Below are positions 28,027-41,112 of a stretch of 64,000 nucleotides of DNA, one piece after another; the stretch's first letter is position 1; the number at the start of each line of letters is the position of its first letter. Both the position numbers and the translations under genes were made by a program. The notes under the pieces are model-generated. The model was not told the origin of the DNA. It was given only the letters and a program-made list of their open reading frames with translations, and did no database searches. The stretch lies in contig NC_042998.1 of assembly GCF_006345805.1 (NCBI RefSeq), forward strand, positions 123,566,001 through 123,630,000, in the 5' to 3' direction. The stretch is from Octopus sinensis (lineage: Eukaryota).

Positions 28027-29030
28027 TTAATCGAGTGTGAACTTGATTCTGTAAGCATTTTAAGCAAATATCATTTCGTATTGCTATTTATACCATTATT
28101 TGTGTTAAGTCTTAATGGCTGGTTGTTACTCTTTGGTTGTTTTATAACGTTTACATTTGAACACAACCATTAGAATTGTTGCTTGAAATACTTGTGAAAC
28201 ACCAACACATACACAAGAGCTCTTTCATAAACTCTTATTTCAATACGCTGAAGCATACGCTCACGCGCACGCACTAACCTACAGGCGTGCGTGAGAATGC
28301 ACGAATATGGAGGAGCGTTATATTATTCTTAATGGTTCGTCAAAGGCAGCAGCGATCAATCATTTATTTCTCTCTTTGGCTTGGGACCAAAATCATTATA
28401 TCATTACTCTTATATTGTATTACCTCATTCACTGCACAATTACGAACCCAAAGTGTATTCTTTAGCGTGCTAAATCAACTCCTTGGCAGTCAATGTCAAA
28501 GCAATTCCTAGGGTTTCTCAAAATGATGGAAAACATTTCTAAATTGATTAGGTTTAAGACTATTGTTGTTGTGTTTATATACCTTGATACCCATGCTCCT
28601 TATTCTCGATTTTAAAACGTTGACATCACAGATCCTCGGCTGGCAGATCAACAGTATTATCGTAATCTACTTTATCATCGTTTTTCATCGGCTTTCAGAA
28701 AACATTCTATAGGAATGAAAATGTTTGAAACAACATTCTTCAGTGATATCAGTCATGAAAGTTAGATTGTCAGTTGTGATATTTCTCTTCTCTTTCGTCT
28801 TTGCCACTGATTTCCAGCCGGGTTTAATATATTTGGGTGGATCGAATCACGCACCCGATTTAAACTTACTGTTGCGTAAAACAGATTTGGAACAGACCCA
28901 ATAACGTATTTAATCGATGTTTGTTTTATTTCACTCAGCTTAAACGTACACACACGCACAAATACACCATCACGTCAATACACTGATGCACATATACATA
29001 CATATATATAAATACATACACAAACCTACA

Positions 29031-29106
<76 letters not shown>

Positions 29107-29127
29107 GTATGCATGTATGTATGTATA

Positions 29128-29297
29128 TCGTTAGCCACTATACACATTTTTTTCTCTCCTTGTTTTTTTCTGTGTCCCTTTCTGTAGAAGAGCGTAGGCT
29201 CGAAACGTAAAAGACTTTTTCTATTCCTGAGCGTTATACTAATACATCTGTTTGTTTTGTACACCATGTCTTCGTCTTTTGTTTTTTCGTAAATTCT

Positions 29298-29301
<4 letters not shown>
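29128..29301 (+). mobile_element. Short (TA)n-embedded repeat carrying a hammerhead-like motif (PLE pLTR/retrozyme-like)
   Basis: 3' part recurs at 43555-43649; both copies end aaattctccc(TA)n. Confidence 0.65.
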
Positions 29302-29358
<57 letters not shown>

Positions 29359-29476
29359 TATGATGCCGAATCACAAATATGCAAGATATAAGAGTTAAAA
29401 ACTTCGAACCCTGCATTGCGTCTAGCTGCTTATATAAATTTTATAGATATACATAACTTTCATACATACTCAACTT

Positions 29477-29553
29477 ATCTCTGATGAGGGAGTACTCAGT
29501 GTACGGACATGCTAGCCTATCACGTGGGGTATCCCAAAAACACCTGTAAGATT
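29477..29553 (+). ncRNA. Degenerate type I hammerhead ribozyme
   Basis: atct-CTGATGA-gggagtac...gtatccc-aaaa(GAAA lost)-acacctgt-a-agat. Stems I and II retained; stem III is one mismatch from the palindrome acagctgt. Confidence 0.6.
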
Positions 29554-30224
29554 TCAACTTTAATTAAATTACTCTATATGACATTAGATATTCATCTTGA
29601 CTACGGCTTTTATTGTATTTTCCTCCTAATGTAATATATATCTACTAACACGGAAGCCTAATACGGGTCCCGAGCTCCTTCCTCAGATGTGAACTTCGAC
29701 CCTTACCGATGACTAATGACCACTTACCGATGACCACTTACTTAATGTACGTATTTGTTTCGATCACCAGTGAACTAAACCCCGCATATTCTGAATTGCT
29801 TTCAAGACCATTCTAGCTATAAGTGTAAATAACCATAGGTAACACGTATATGTAACCAATAAATGATATATGTTTGCTGAATTGTCTAGTTCAGTGTGCA
29901 TACACATATACAGCTATAAGTATGTATTAACACATGCTCACACACACATACTTATATATATATATGTATATAGGTATATTATATTTACGTACATACAAAC
30001 ACATACACACACGCACTCATAAGTATGGTATTCAATTCATTATCTGGTTTACTCTCATGTTAGCAAAATGCTGGAGGTTTCTACAACAGTTTTGTAATCA
30101 TATCCTCAGTTGGCTGAAACGAGTGTATGTCGTATAAGGCATTGAATGCCATACACGTTTTCTTCTTCTTCTTCTTCTCTTCTTCTTCTTCATCATCAAA
30201 ATCGTCTTACATTTGTTGCTTTTA

Positions 30225-30264
<40 letters not shown>

Positions 30265-30579
30265 CTTAGAATAACTTAGAAAGGTTTTGGCCAGTGTTGT
30301 CCCAGGCCATGTCTAACTTAATATAAACTCTTCAATTAAAATAATAGAGGATAAAACATTGCTATCAGCGGCCGGTATATAAAATCAAACCAGTTAAAGT
30401 AAAAATTATATGTCTAATTATAATAAGAGCGTCGAAAAATTTTATAACATATATGTGGAGAAACAGACGCAAATCGTCTATTGTTTCGGAGATCTATGGG
30501 GTTTTTATGTGTATTTTTGGCTTTGCGTTTTACTTTCCATTGAGTATATATAAATATTTCATCTATTTGTATTCGTATT

Positions 30580-33222
30580 TTCTCGACAAGACAAACAAAA
30601 ATTTCGATGACTGCCTACATGGTAAACAAAACGATAATGAGTGTTTTTTAAAAAAACCGTTAGAAGAATTGACGTCAAAGATAGATAGTAGGAAGAGAAG
30701 GGTTAAAGGAATAATAGGTAAGGAACAAGTGGAGAGGGAAGGGTACGTTGATTGAAAGAATGTTCGAAGGCTTAGGAAAGAATTTCGCTATTGAAGTGGG
30801 GTGGACGTAAAGCTAATTGTTCAAACCACAGTGACTATCGTTATCATTTATATGAGTAGAAAGTATGTTTCTGCTAGTGTTTACATTTTATGATTTTTCT
30901 ATGAGTGTGTTTACTAGGGGAGCCTTACAGAAGAGTATATGGAAGAGTTCAGAGTTGCAAATGTTACAAAATCCCCTGCCCTTATCAAAAGGAAAGGATA
31001 CAGACAGTATGAACCAATCTAACTTAAAATTTATATTGTTGTCTTTAAGACGCCAAACTAATTTACTTAGCCCTGTACTATGTCGTTTTTTACTATCCCT
31101 GAATGTTGAATAATGGTTTGAAATTCTCTTGGATAACTGGGAGGTGGACGCTCTAGGGTGATAAAAAACTTGGATACTATCCTGATCCAATCGGATAAAA
31201 CCGGCAACATCTATAAGCCTACCAAGAGCCATTATTTGGAACTGCTCAAAAAGGAGATATATAATAAATTACAGGACCACCAGTAGGAATACTCTCAGGC
31301 AGGCCAACTTAGAAACTATACAGATTATGGAAACTTACGGATTATAGATGACGACGGAACCATTGAACCCTAGGCAACCTAGATTCATCTTAAAGGAACA
31401 CAAGCAGAACTTTCATACTAACCCAGCATTGCGGTCATATGCCCTTCCAGTTCAGACATCGGTACCCTTAGTAAATACATATTAGATAAGAATATCCCTA
31501 TATTAATTAATAAATTAAAACTTAGCTTATGGTCCAATTCTGTTCAAGTCGTAGATTGGTTTACTTCTATTACTGATAAGGCCAACACTAAATTTATCCA
31601 ATTCGATATATCTAGTTTCTATTCTTCAATCAACCCTATTATACTTAATAAGGCCCTATGGCACGCACACAATAAGGCAGGCCTTTCCAGGGACAAAATT
31701 ATTGACTGTGATATTGACTGCTAAGAAATCTTTCATCCAGTTCGATAGCAAGTTGTGGGTCCGTAGAGATACCCCTAATGCGTTTGATGTACTAATGGGA
31801 AGTACAGACAGCGCCCAGATAGCCGATTTGGTCGGAATTTATATTCTTTATGAAATGGCCGACCAATTCCCGGACATCTGTGGAGGTCTTTATCGCGACG
31901 ATTGTCTGCTTTACCTCCAAAACGTTTCGAACCAAAAAATACAGAAGGTTAAAAACAGATTAGTTAGGTTTTTTTAGTAGAATGAGCTTGCGCATCGTTT
32001 TTGACGATGAATTAACTAAAGCCAACTTTTTAGACATTACCCTCAATTTGCAGAATAACTCTTACTTCCCTTATCATAAACCTTCCACAAATCTTAAGTA
32101 CATTAGCATTTTCAGTAATCATGCCAGGCCAATTACCGAAAATCTAGTCAAAAACATATCTCTGAGACTGTCTAAATTATCTGCTAATGTCGACATCTTT
32201 AACGAAAAGGCAGACTTCTATAACGCCGCCTTTTTAAGAGCCGGTTATAGGGGGAAAGTGTCATACATCGATTCAGGTCATTCTAAACCAACATCTGCTT
32301 CTCCAGATAGAAAAGTTACTCGTAATAGGAATAATGATTTCAATTCTAATAGTGCCAGCAACCCTGTACATAAAATAAATTATTTACGGACTAGGGGAGG
32401 TAAGCGCCATTCAACCCCAAATTTCCAACCCAGAAATTTTCCCCTTACTATCACAAATAACACTAAGAACAATTCAAAGGCCACAAAAAACTGTATCTCG
32501 TTCGTAATACCTTTCGGAAAACAAATTAAATCGAACCTTCCCTTACAGTTCCGTGAAGCCGTAGCTAGGAACTTTCCCAGAAATTCTAGATATCATTCCA
32601 GTATCAATTCCCATATAGTCAGAATCGCTTTCTGTATCCTTTCCTTTTGATACTATCTGTATCCTTTCCTTTTGATAAGGGCAGGAGATTTTGTAACATT
32701 TGCAACTCTGAACTCTTCCATATTCTCTTCTCTAAGGTTCCCCTAGTAAACACACTCATAGAAAAATCATACAAATGTAAACACTAGCAGAAACATACTT
32801 TCTACTCATATAAGTGATAACGATTGTCACTGTGGTTTGAACAATTAGCTTTACGTCCACCCCACTTCAATAGCGAAATTCTTTCCTAAGCCTTCGAACA
32901 TTCTTTCAATCAACGTACCCTTCCCTCTCCACTTGTTCCTTACCTATTATTCCTTTAACCCTTCTCTTCCTACTATCTATCTTTGACGTCAATTCTTCTA
33001 ACGGTTTTTTTAAAAAACACTCATTATCGTTTTGTTTACCATGTAGGCAGTCATCGAAATTTTTGTTTGTCTTGTTGTCGAGAGAGGCTCCCTTTCTTTC
33101 CTGATGAGAAGATTGCATAATGCACCCTTCATTCCTTTGGAATGAAAACATGTTGTCTTCGAAACATATGTCGAGAGTAAAGGACTTTTGTTAACATCTT
33201 CGTTCGACTCCATTCTTTCATT
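30580..33222 (+). mobile_element. Penelope-like element: RT (about 31150-32630, frameshifted), 3' pLTR with hammerhead, and a 5' inverted GIY-YIG/pLTR segment (30580-31145)
   Basis: FIQFDISSFYSSI, FDVLMGSTDSAQIADLVGIY, GLYRDD, FLDITLNL, YHKP..SNH. Minus-strand RHSTGLSKLVWRLK..CNICNSE. 30580-31010 is the reverse complement of 32650-33083. Confidence 0.93.
33091..33183 (+). ncRNA. Type I hammerhead ribozyme in the PLE pseudo-LTR
   Basis: Stem I cctttctttc/gagagtaaagg; CTGATGA 33101-33107; stem II gaaga/tcttc; GAAA 33161-33164; palindromic ACATATGT stem III; GUC site 33170-33172. Confidence 0.88.
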
Positions 33223-33272
33223 TATATATATATATATATATATACATATATAGCCTTCTATATATACATTAA

Positions 33273-35265
33273 CGCGAGGGACGGCAGAAAAATTTTCAAG
33301 CTGACCAAGATACTCCGATGGAATGTGACCAAATGTTTATGCGGTCCACATATTTCTTCTTTCAGTGTTGCAATGCTTGAGTCCCATTGGTGAGGAAGAT
33401 TTCATCCCATTGGTCAAAATGGTAATGAACAGCAGATATGGCGTCATCATCATTGCGATGCCGGCTGCTAGCCAAATGACTGGCATGTTAGTGAACAGAT
33501 CATAGTCAGATGATGCCAAATCAGAATAGGGAGGGTGATCAACCAGTTCAAAGCCACAGCCATGCACTACAGCCATTGAAACTAAAGACTTGTATGCTGG
33601 TGCATTGACTTTAATAAACAAGAGCACTTCCGTTTTCCTGAGCGTTTGGTCTTGATAGCTTTTCGAAGCTGCTTTAGCAAGTTGTCTTTATATGGAAAAT
33701 GCGAGCAAGGGAAATAATATCCTTAAGATTATAAATTTGGAAAAGTACAGGACAAGTTATTACATCTAGTAAAGTACAGAACAAGCTCTGCTATTACGCT
33801 CATTAATAATGTGTCAAATGTGTTAATTAGCGTGTCGTTGATAATTATTTTCCTTGCCTCAATGATGCAGGTGACAGATAATAAAAGTCCCCCTAGAACT
33901 GTGTTCATAAAAAGCATAGAATTATATTATCACTCCCAAATTTGAGAAACAAACATTCAACTTTCTTTCTTTTAAAACTTCATTGCATGAGATTGATACC
34001 ATGAACTTCCTCGAATTGTGCTCTATCATTTAAGGCTTAATTAAAATATAGCTTCTTTTTACGATAAAATTGGTAATTATACCTAAATCAATTTTTTTGC
34101 CTTACTTATATTTTTTTCATGATATTTTACCTTACAACTTTTTAGATTCACATTTTTGTTGCATGGGACTAAAACTATGAAATTCTTCATGCTTCTATTA
34201 TGGAAGCTAAGATAAAGATATATTGCTTTCCAAATAAAATATGTTTGAGATCTAAAATTGACTGGTGGCTTTACTTATTCTACCATAAGGTCGCTACTAA
34301 TTTTAATGTAAACCAAATCTCAATATTTTATACCAAAATGTAGCAAGGGAAGAGTCCTCTTCAAAAATGATAATAGTTTTCCTTTTGGTTAAGAACTGAA
34401 TTAGCGACAAACTACGAAATATGTTGCGTTGAAATATATGAATATTATTCAACTGATACCATTGTTGAATGATAGTAATCTTCATTGATGGAATGGCCTT
34501 TTGAAGATAGTCAATAAACAATACTTTTGGCCTCCCAAAATACTGAAGCCATCACCTACGTTTTGCAGATGAAACGATCTTGGCCTTCCTTAGAGCAGAT
34601 GAGGAGTCGTTTGCATCGCATGGATTGTCTCTTTATATCTGGAACAAATTGAAACCAACATTCATCCGAGGTTAGAAAACGTTCAAGGAAAGCAGCTGGA
34701 TCTACCTCAAACCATATCAGATTTTCCCTTTATGTGATCGCAGCCTGGTGCACTTTTGATCAGGTGTCACAAGATATAAAGCTGACCGAGCATGAACTTT
34801 CCGTAATGCCAAGATCTTTGCAGAATATTCTCGATTGTCTCACGGGAAATTTTAATTGCATTCGCTCTTTGAATTTAAGGTCAATCGCCTGTCATCCATC
34901 GGTAACTGGTGAACGCGATGGATGTCTTCCTCGGTGGTGGCTGTTGCAGGACGTCCAGACATTGGGTCATATTCAAAACTCTTCCTTCTCCTTCTAAATT
35001 CAGCTGCATTCTTTTGCACAGCTGATAAATCTGGAGCGTCATCTCCTAATGGACCAACCATTTAAGAATGAATGTCCGTGAGGGCTAAATCATTTTTTCT
35101 TAAGGTTCTTGGTAATGCTACGATACCAAATTTTGCCCAGCTTTAGAAAAACTGCTACTAGTTAATTTTGAACTGTGAGATGTCTGTTAGCTTCAAATAA
35201 ACAATGCTATTATTAATAAGAAATTTTGAAATTAAGGCATGCAAGATTTCACAGCGTCAACCTCA
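33273..35265 (-). mobile_element. Decayed mariner split by a ~790 bp insertion (33685-34470)
   Basis: 3' part: VNAPAYKS, VDHPPYSDLASSDYDLF. 5' part: LGDDAP, DPMSGRP, FIDYLQK, INEDY. Collinear on both sides of the insert. Confidence 0.85.
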
Positions 35266-36184
35266 ATCTATAATCAGGCTATGTGCCTTCAGCATTCGAG
35301 TCTGACAAGTTGCCCGTACTGCTAAGCGTTTTGTATGTGCGAAACCAATGGTCAATCTGTGAAAGGCCATACATTTTAACTTCCTAAAAAGATATATTAC
35401 TTCTCAAATGCTTTAAAGCGTGCTTCTTTTTCAGATATATGAACTAATGACGACATACACACATACACACACATACATATGTATGTTTACACACACATAT
35501 GCACGCACGTACACACACACACACACATATGGTAATTACTTAAATTTCATCTTAGATATTCTAATACGCACAGTGTTCTGTTTAAATATTTATTGTAAAA
35601 TAATGGTGCTCAAAATACACTATTTACAAATTAATCTTGGTATTAATCTAAGAACATAAAGTCTATTATACTTATTCGAGGAACAGCTCGCAGCTGTCTT
35701 GCAGATTTCGTTGGAGAATAAGATGATGGATCCCGCTGTCTCATCCTACCTAGATGTTACAAGATACCACATTTTGCTGTTGCCATTTTTAGCTTTCAGG
35801 CCATTATTCAACTAGATTTGTCGCGGGAATATCGTTGCAAACTTCCTTGTTCTAACACAGAGAGATTTGGTTGCAAAATTCCGCATATATATATATACCA
35901 TCTATATGATCCCATGTTAATTATATACATGATATATCAAAGACGGCACAATGGAGTAGTGGGGGTAAATGCATCTGTTTTATCCGCTGCAGCTTTGTAA
36001 TATTGTCGAGTGAATCCGTTAATTTTTGTAGTGATAAAAACATTTCCTCAATTTCTGCTGTAAGATGCAGTGTGTCTTTTCTATGTGTATGATTTTGTGC
36101 ATGTATTATATTAAACTTCATAACAAGTATTCATAAGTTTATTAGACTGCGACACAACGATGCGTTCATTACTGAATCGCAATA

Positions 36185-36430
36185 CGCATACATACATACA
36201 TACATACATACATACATACATACATACATACATACATACATACGTACGTACGTACATACATACATACATGCATACATACATACAAACTTATACGTGTGTG
36301 TTAGCATACATATACGTCTATATATTCAATATATATATATATACACTATATATATATATACACTATATATAGACATATAATGTACATATATATTGTAGGC
36401 ATATATACACATAGACGTGTATATATACAT

Positions 36431-36499
<69 letters not shown>

Positions 36500-36570
36500 G
36501 GTATACATATATGTGTGTGTGTGTGTATGTATGTGTATATATTCATAAACGCACATACGTCCATATATAC
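36185..36570. repeat. (CATA)n/(TA)n/(TG)n microsatellite block
   Basis: Directly visible. Confidence 0.95.
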
Positions 36571-37799
36571 ACATAATCACTAGAATGGTCCAGTGTAACA
36601 ACCACTTAATGACAGCCAAAAAATTACAATAGTAAGAGTAATGTAAAACTTCAAATATATATTCATGTTTATAATTTCTTTTCCGTTTTGTGAATTTATA
36701 AACATAAACAAAGAAAGTTGAGGATTATTAAGTAAGAGACTTAATAAAGTAGATTATTCATAGACAAAAACCCAAGAGATCAAAATTCGTATTGTATATT
36801 GATCTAAATTCTATTCATAATAGAAACAGACATTTAGTCTTTGTGTTATTGATACTTTTGCGTTGGGGTTTTTCTTTGTAACGATTCATTTCCATTGAAA
36901 GTATTCTGTCGTTTTTGTTTTTCGTTATTTTTTCTCTACCCTAGCGAAACATGAAAATAACATTTGCGAAGAATCTCAGTCAACCCAAGATTAGTGCAAT
37001 GTTTTTAATTAATTTTAAAAGAACAATAACATTTTGATGTTTTTAATGATGTTACAAGACAATATGTTTATGAGAGAGTTGGGGTTATGCGTAGTATTAG
37101 AAAATAAAACACGGAAAAGAAAAGGGGAATAAAAGTCGATGAGTTAAATACTTCAGATGGAAAAAAATTCTCATTGACAAAAGCTAACTGTATAAGAGTA
37201 TAAATTAAAGGGAAACTCGGGACTAAAATGCAAAAAAAAAAAGACAAGGAAAAATTATATATATAATAATTTATACATATGTGTGTTTGTGTGTGTCTAT
37301 ATAGATATGTATCTATGTGCGTATGCATATACATACAAACATACATATATATGTATGTCTATGTACATAATTCTGTAAATAATGGGTATTTTTTTCTTCC
37401 AGTTAAATATAGGTGTAAGAAGGACAAAAAGAACATATAGAACCACAAATATTAAACAACAATGTGTAATTTGAACCCACACTAAATGACAACAAAGCAG
37501 ACGTACATTATTTGCTACGAACATCGATCTGTTACGATATTTCGCAAATTGCACACTATTACACAGTACATCATATGTAAGTGGTATATAGTAATGTAAA
37601 ATTGACAGTGATGACTTGAGTTATGTAAAGTGACCAGACAACGCATCCATTTAAAGACAATGGCTACAGGTATTATAATCTACATTTAAAAGAATTTCTA
37701 CGTGCTACCATTACCAACATAATCAAACAAGAATACTACTACTTCATCAAAAACAACAACAACAACAATAATAATAACAATAATAATAACAATAACAGC

Positions 37800-40700
37800 A
37801 ACAATGATATCGACAGGCACTACCTTCCAAGAAAGGAAAGCGGCAGATGTTTGCAAAACACAGAAAACGATATTAGCACTGCAATATTGGTATGAAGAAA
37901 GAATAATATTTAAGGCTAGAAACACACAAAATGTTATTGAAACAGTGGAAGAATTCAAGAAAAAAGTAAATGAAGGACAACAAAACATATAGAGGACAAG
38001 AAGCTGAAATATACGGTCAAGTCATGCTGCAAACGGAAGATGTTGGAAATATAGGGAGTTGGTTGTGGTTAACAGAAGAACCTCTAGGACAGAATAATGA
38101 CAAAAGACAGAGGGATTTTACAGAGAAAATTTGTAAGCAATTGAAACATCAATAATTAATAATGGTTTTTAACAATAAAATACCTAACAGGGATTAAACG
38201 CCACTCTGTCGCAACTAAGGAGACGCACAGACCCCGAATTCCTTAACTCATCTGCAGTACCGAGGCAACTACCCCACTCTCCTCCTTACTTCTCAATCTA
38301 TATGCATCACTTTATAGTAAGCCCACTCCCTCAAACCATCCACACAGCATTCACCCACCTTTCAACAAGGTAAATGAGTGCATCCCTCTCAACCTTCCTT
38401 TTAAATGGAATTTACAAAAGAGTCGATGAGGGCTTGGCCAAATAGGAAAGTGTTTGTCTTCAGTCCTTTTAGTATCGTCCACCGCACATCCTCTTTCGCC
38501 AGATAAAAGAAAATTGCGTGCCTTTTTTTCAATCGAAGGAAGGTATGGGGCGATCTTCATAGTGGTGTTGGAGATGGTTGGAACCGTTCTGCACGTAAGA
38601 ACATTGTTCGAGCACTGCTGGACGGTTTCACTACCCTGTTCACATTTCGGAAAAGCGCGGCTGACAGCACCACCATGTCTGTACAGTTTATCCTATATAG
38701 GCCATGCCTCCAACCCCGGAAACACTGCCAAAACAGAGATTTCTGGAAATTAATGATGGACCCCGGCCTGAACCTCGTCCTGAACATATAAGCCAGTTGA
38801 TTTTCATTGACGTCTAGAATATTTGAGAGAACGTTGTAGCTCTTACCCAGGTGGGAGTGCAAGCGCATCATTTTGGTCTGCCACGCAGTGAAGCTAGATA
38901 CGATGGCGAGGAGGTATTAGGTGACCGATGTGATGTAGGCATTCGTCAACTCTGCCTGAAACTTAAGAAATACTGCCCTCTCATCCATTTCTGTGTAAGG
39001 CTAACCACCTTGTCCATCACCTTTTCCTAGATCTTGTACATCTGGAGATCTAGTGTAAAGTAAAGCCCGAGTAATTCAACCACCCCCCCACCGTGCTTAA
39101 CGACGCAGTTGAACGATATTGATCTACATTTCTAGGTGTATAACTGCAGGTTTACAGACTTGTGGTTATTTATGCCCATGTTAGTGCCTCGTATCCCCTT
39201 AGTATCGTGCCGATCACCTTGAATTATTTTTTATCCGACACTATTACAGTGACGTTGTTCATATGTGCAAATACGATTCTTCCGGATCCTATTTCTCGAA
39301 GAGTCAGCACGTACACAAGTAGAAAGAGGAGACACATAGACGGGCCGATCGCATGATAAGGAATAATTCCTACAACTGGTCAATTACTCTTGCCACCGAG
39401 CCAATACTGCTGTACATTGCAGTGATCCTCTGAAGACAGTGCCGAAACCAGCCGCCTTCAGGACAGCCGTCAGTATTGACCCTGCCAAGCTTTTTACCGA
39501 TCAAAGCTCCACCCATGCCATAGTCTTTACCCACCCTTTCTATGATGTATTGCATGAAGTTTGTCATAGGGAAATCTGTCTGGTATGGCGCATGTCTGTG
39601 TTGTACTCACCTGACTATCGACTTCAATCACCAACTTGTTAGCTAACATCTTTGTTAAAACCTTTAACACTGCAGTTGGCAGCCATTGGTCTGAAGTTGT
39701 TAAAATTGTAATTCTTTTTGGAGTCCTTTCTCAGCAGCAACATTTTCCTCTTTTCCGTGGAATGGGAATTTTCCCGTTCTGTTACCATTTACAGGAGATA
39801 TTTGCTGAGAGCCCTCCGGATAAATTTCGCATACGTCGATAAATCTCGTGTGACAGACAATCCAGCGCCTGTCATCTCTCCATCTTGCCGCTCGTCATCG
39901 CTTCCCACTTTGCTAAACGCGTCTTCTAGGTTACTAACTAGGTCATCTGCTACTCCGTTACTATATCCTTACTAAACCTTATAGATTCTCATCAAATGGG
40001 TCATATCCACGTTGAGGAATATCCAGATGGTAACGGTTAACCTCTTCTCCTATCAGCTATCCTCACACAATCCAGATGTGCATCTAAGATGGCGTTTCAA
40101 TCGTTTACTAATACTAAACAGTAGGACGTCTTTAGGGAAAGCTCTAACCGTCTGGCGAAGTCTGCGTACACAATGACTAGTCCAAAAGCATCTCCGGTTC
40201 CGTTTACAATTTAGAACTACCAACATACGATTCGGGTCCAGGAAAATCGAGTGTATCTCGAGGCCTAGGCCTTTCCGAAACTGGATCGAGTAAAATAAGG
40301 TATCATCAAAATGTAGAGTTGTAAAATTAGATTCAGACTGTAGCACACGTTGTTTCAGAATGTACCAAGCTGACTCAAGAAGAAATAGAGTCGTGACCAG
40401 GCTGTGAAAATTTAGCACTGGAAGCTTTGTCAGAAAACGTGTGTTTGAAGCTGGAAATAATAAGTGTAATCATCGGGTTGAAAGATTGCACGAGTCTGAG
40501 AAATGCAAGACCTTATGGTATTTTCCTATTCAAGCGAATAAGAAGATAGAAAATAATAAACCACATTTAACAATAATAAAAGACGAAAAGCGAAATTGCC
40601 TACTAATTGGTCTATCATATTTTTTTCTTTAACTCCAGGATTGTAAAGAAAGTTGATAAATTAAAAATGTACAATCCCTACAATAATTAGGAATATGAAA

Positions 40701-40945
40701 AGTGTAAATAATGTGCTTAAAATAGTTTGTGTATTAGGAACTGTGAATAATAACATAGATAAATGGTTGAAAAAGGTTAGAATAGAATATTCTGTAGAGC
40801 TTCTACAGAAAAGTTGCCTCTTAGGGACAGGAATTATTATCAGGAGGTTCTTAAGCACATGAAACATTACTGAAAGATTGTGAAGGTAGTAACTCGCTAC
40901 CCACATTGATTCTATGATGAATAAGAACGAACCTGAGTAAAATCA
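37800..40945 (+). mobile_element. R4/Dong-like LINE fragments (37800-38155 and 40425-40945) flanking a nested insertion
   Basis: Left: GSWLWLT-type post-RT region. Right: ESEKCKTLWYFPIQANKKIENNKPHLTII..CLLI, VELLQKSCLLGTGIIIRRFL, then (TAA)n. Confidence 0.7.
38165..40420 (-). mobile_element. L1/Tx1-clade LINE RT pseudogene
   Basis: Minus strand GGALI..K..RV...GF...ITAMYSSIGSVARVIDQL..RSARLCVSSFLLVYVLTLR is a decayed DQSKAFDRV...RSVRQGCPLSPLLY. Confidence 0.7.
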
Positions 40946-41006
40946 ATAATAATAATAATAATAATAATAATGATAATAATAATGAGAAGAAGAAGAAGAA
41001 TAATAA

Positions 41007-41037
<31 letters not shown>

Positions 41038-41112
41038 AAGAGAAGAAGAAGAGAAGAAGAAGAAGAAGAAGAAGAAGAAGAAGAAGAAGAAGAAGAAGAA
41101 GAAGAAGAAGAA
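40945..41112. repeat. (TAA)n(GAA)n microsatellite
   Basis: Directly visible. Confidence 0.95.

Noticed and set aside
30453-33151. Duplicated peptide DKTNKNFDDCLHGKQ...REGYVD on opposite strands
   Set aside because: Antisense reading of the Penelope pLTR inverted repeat, not a gene pair.
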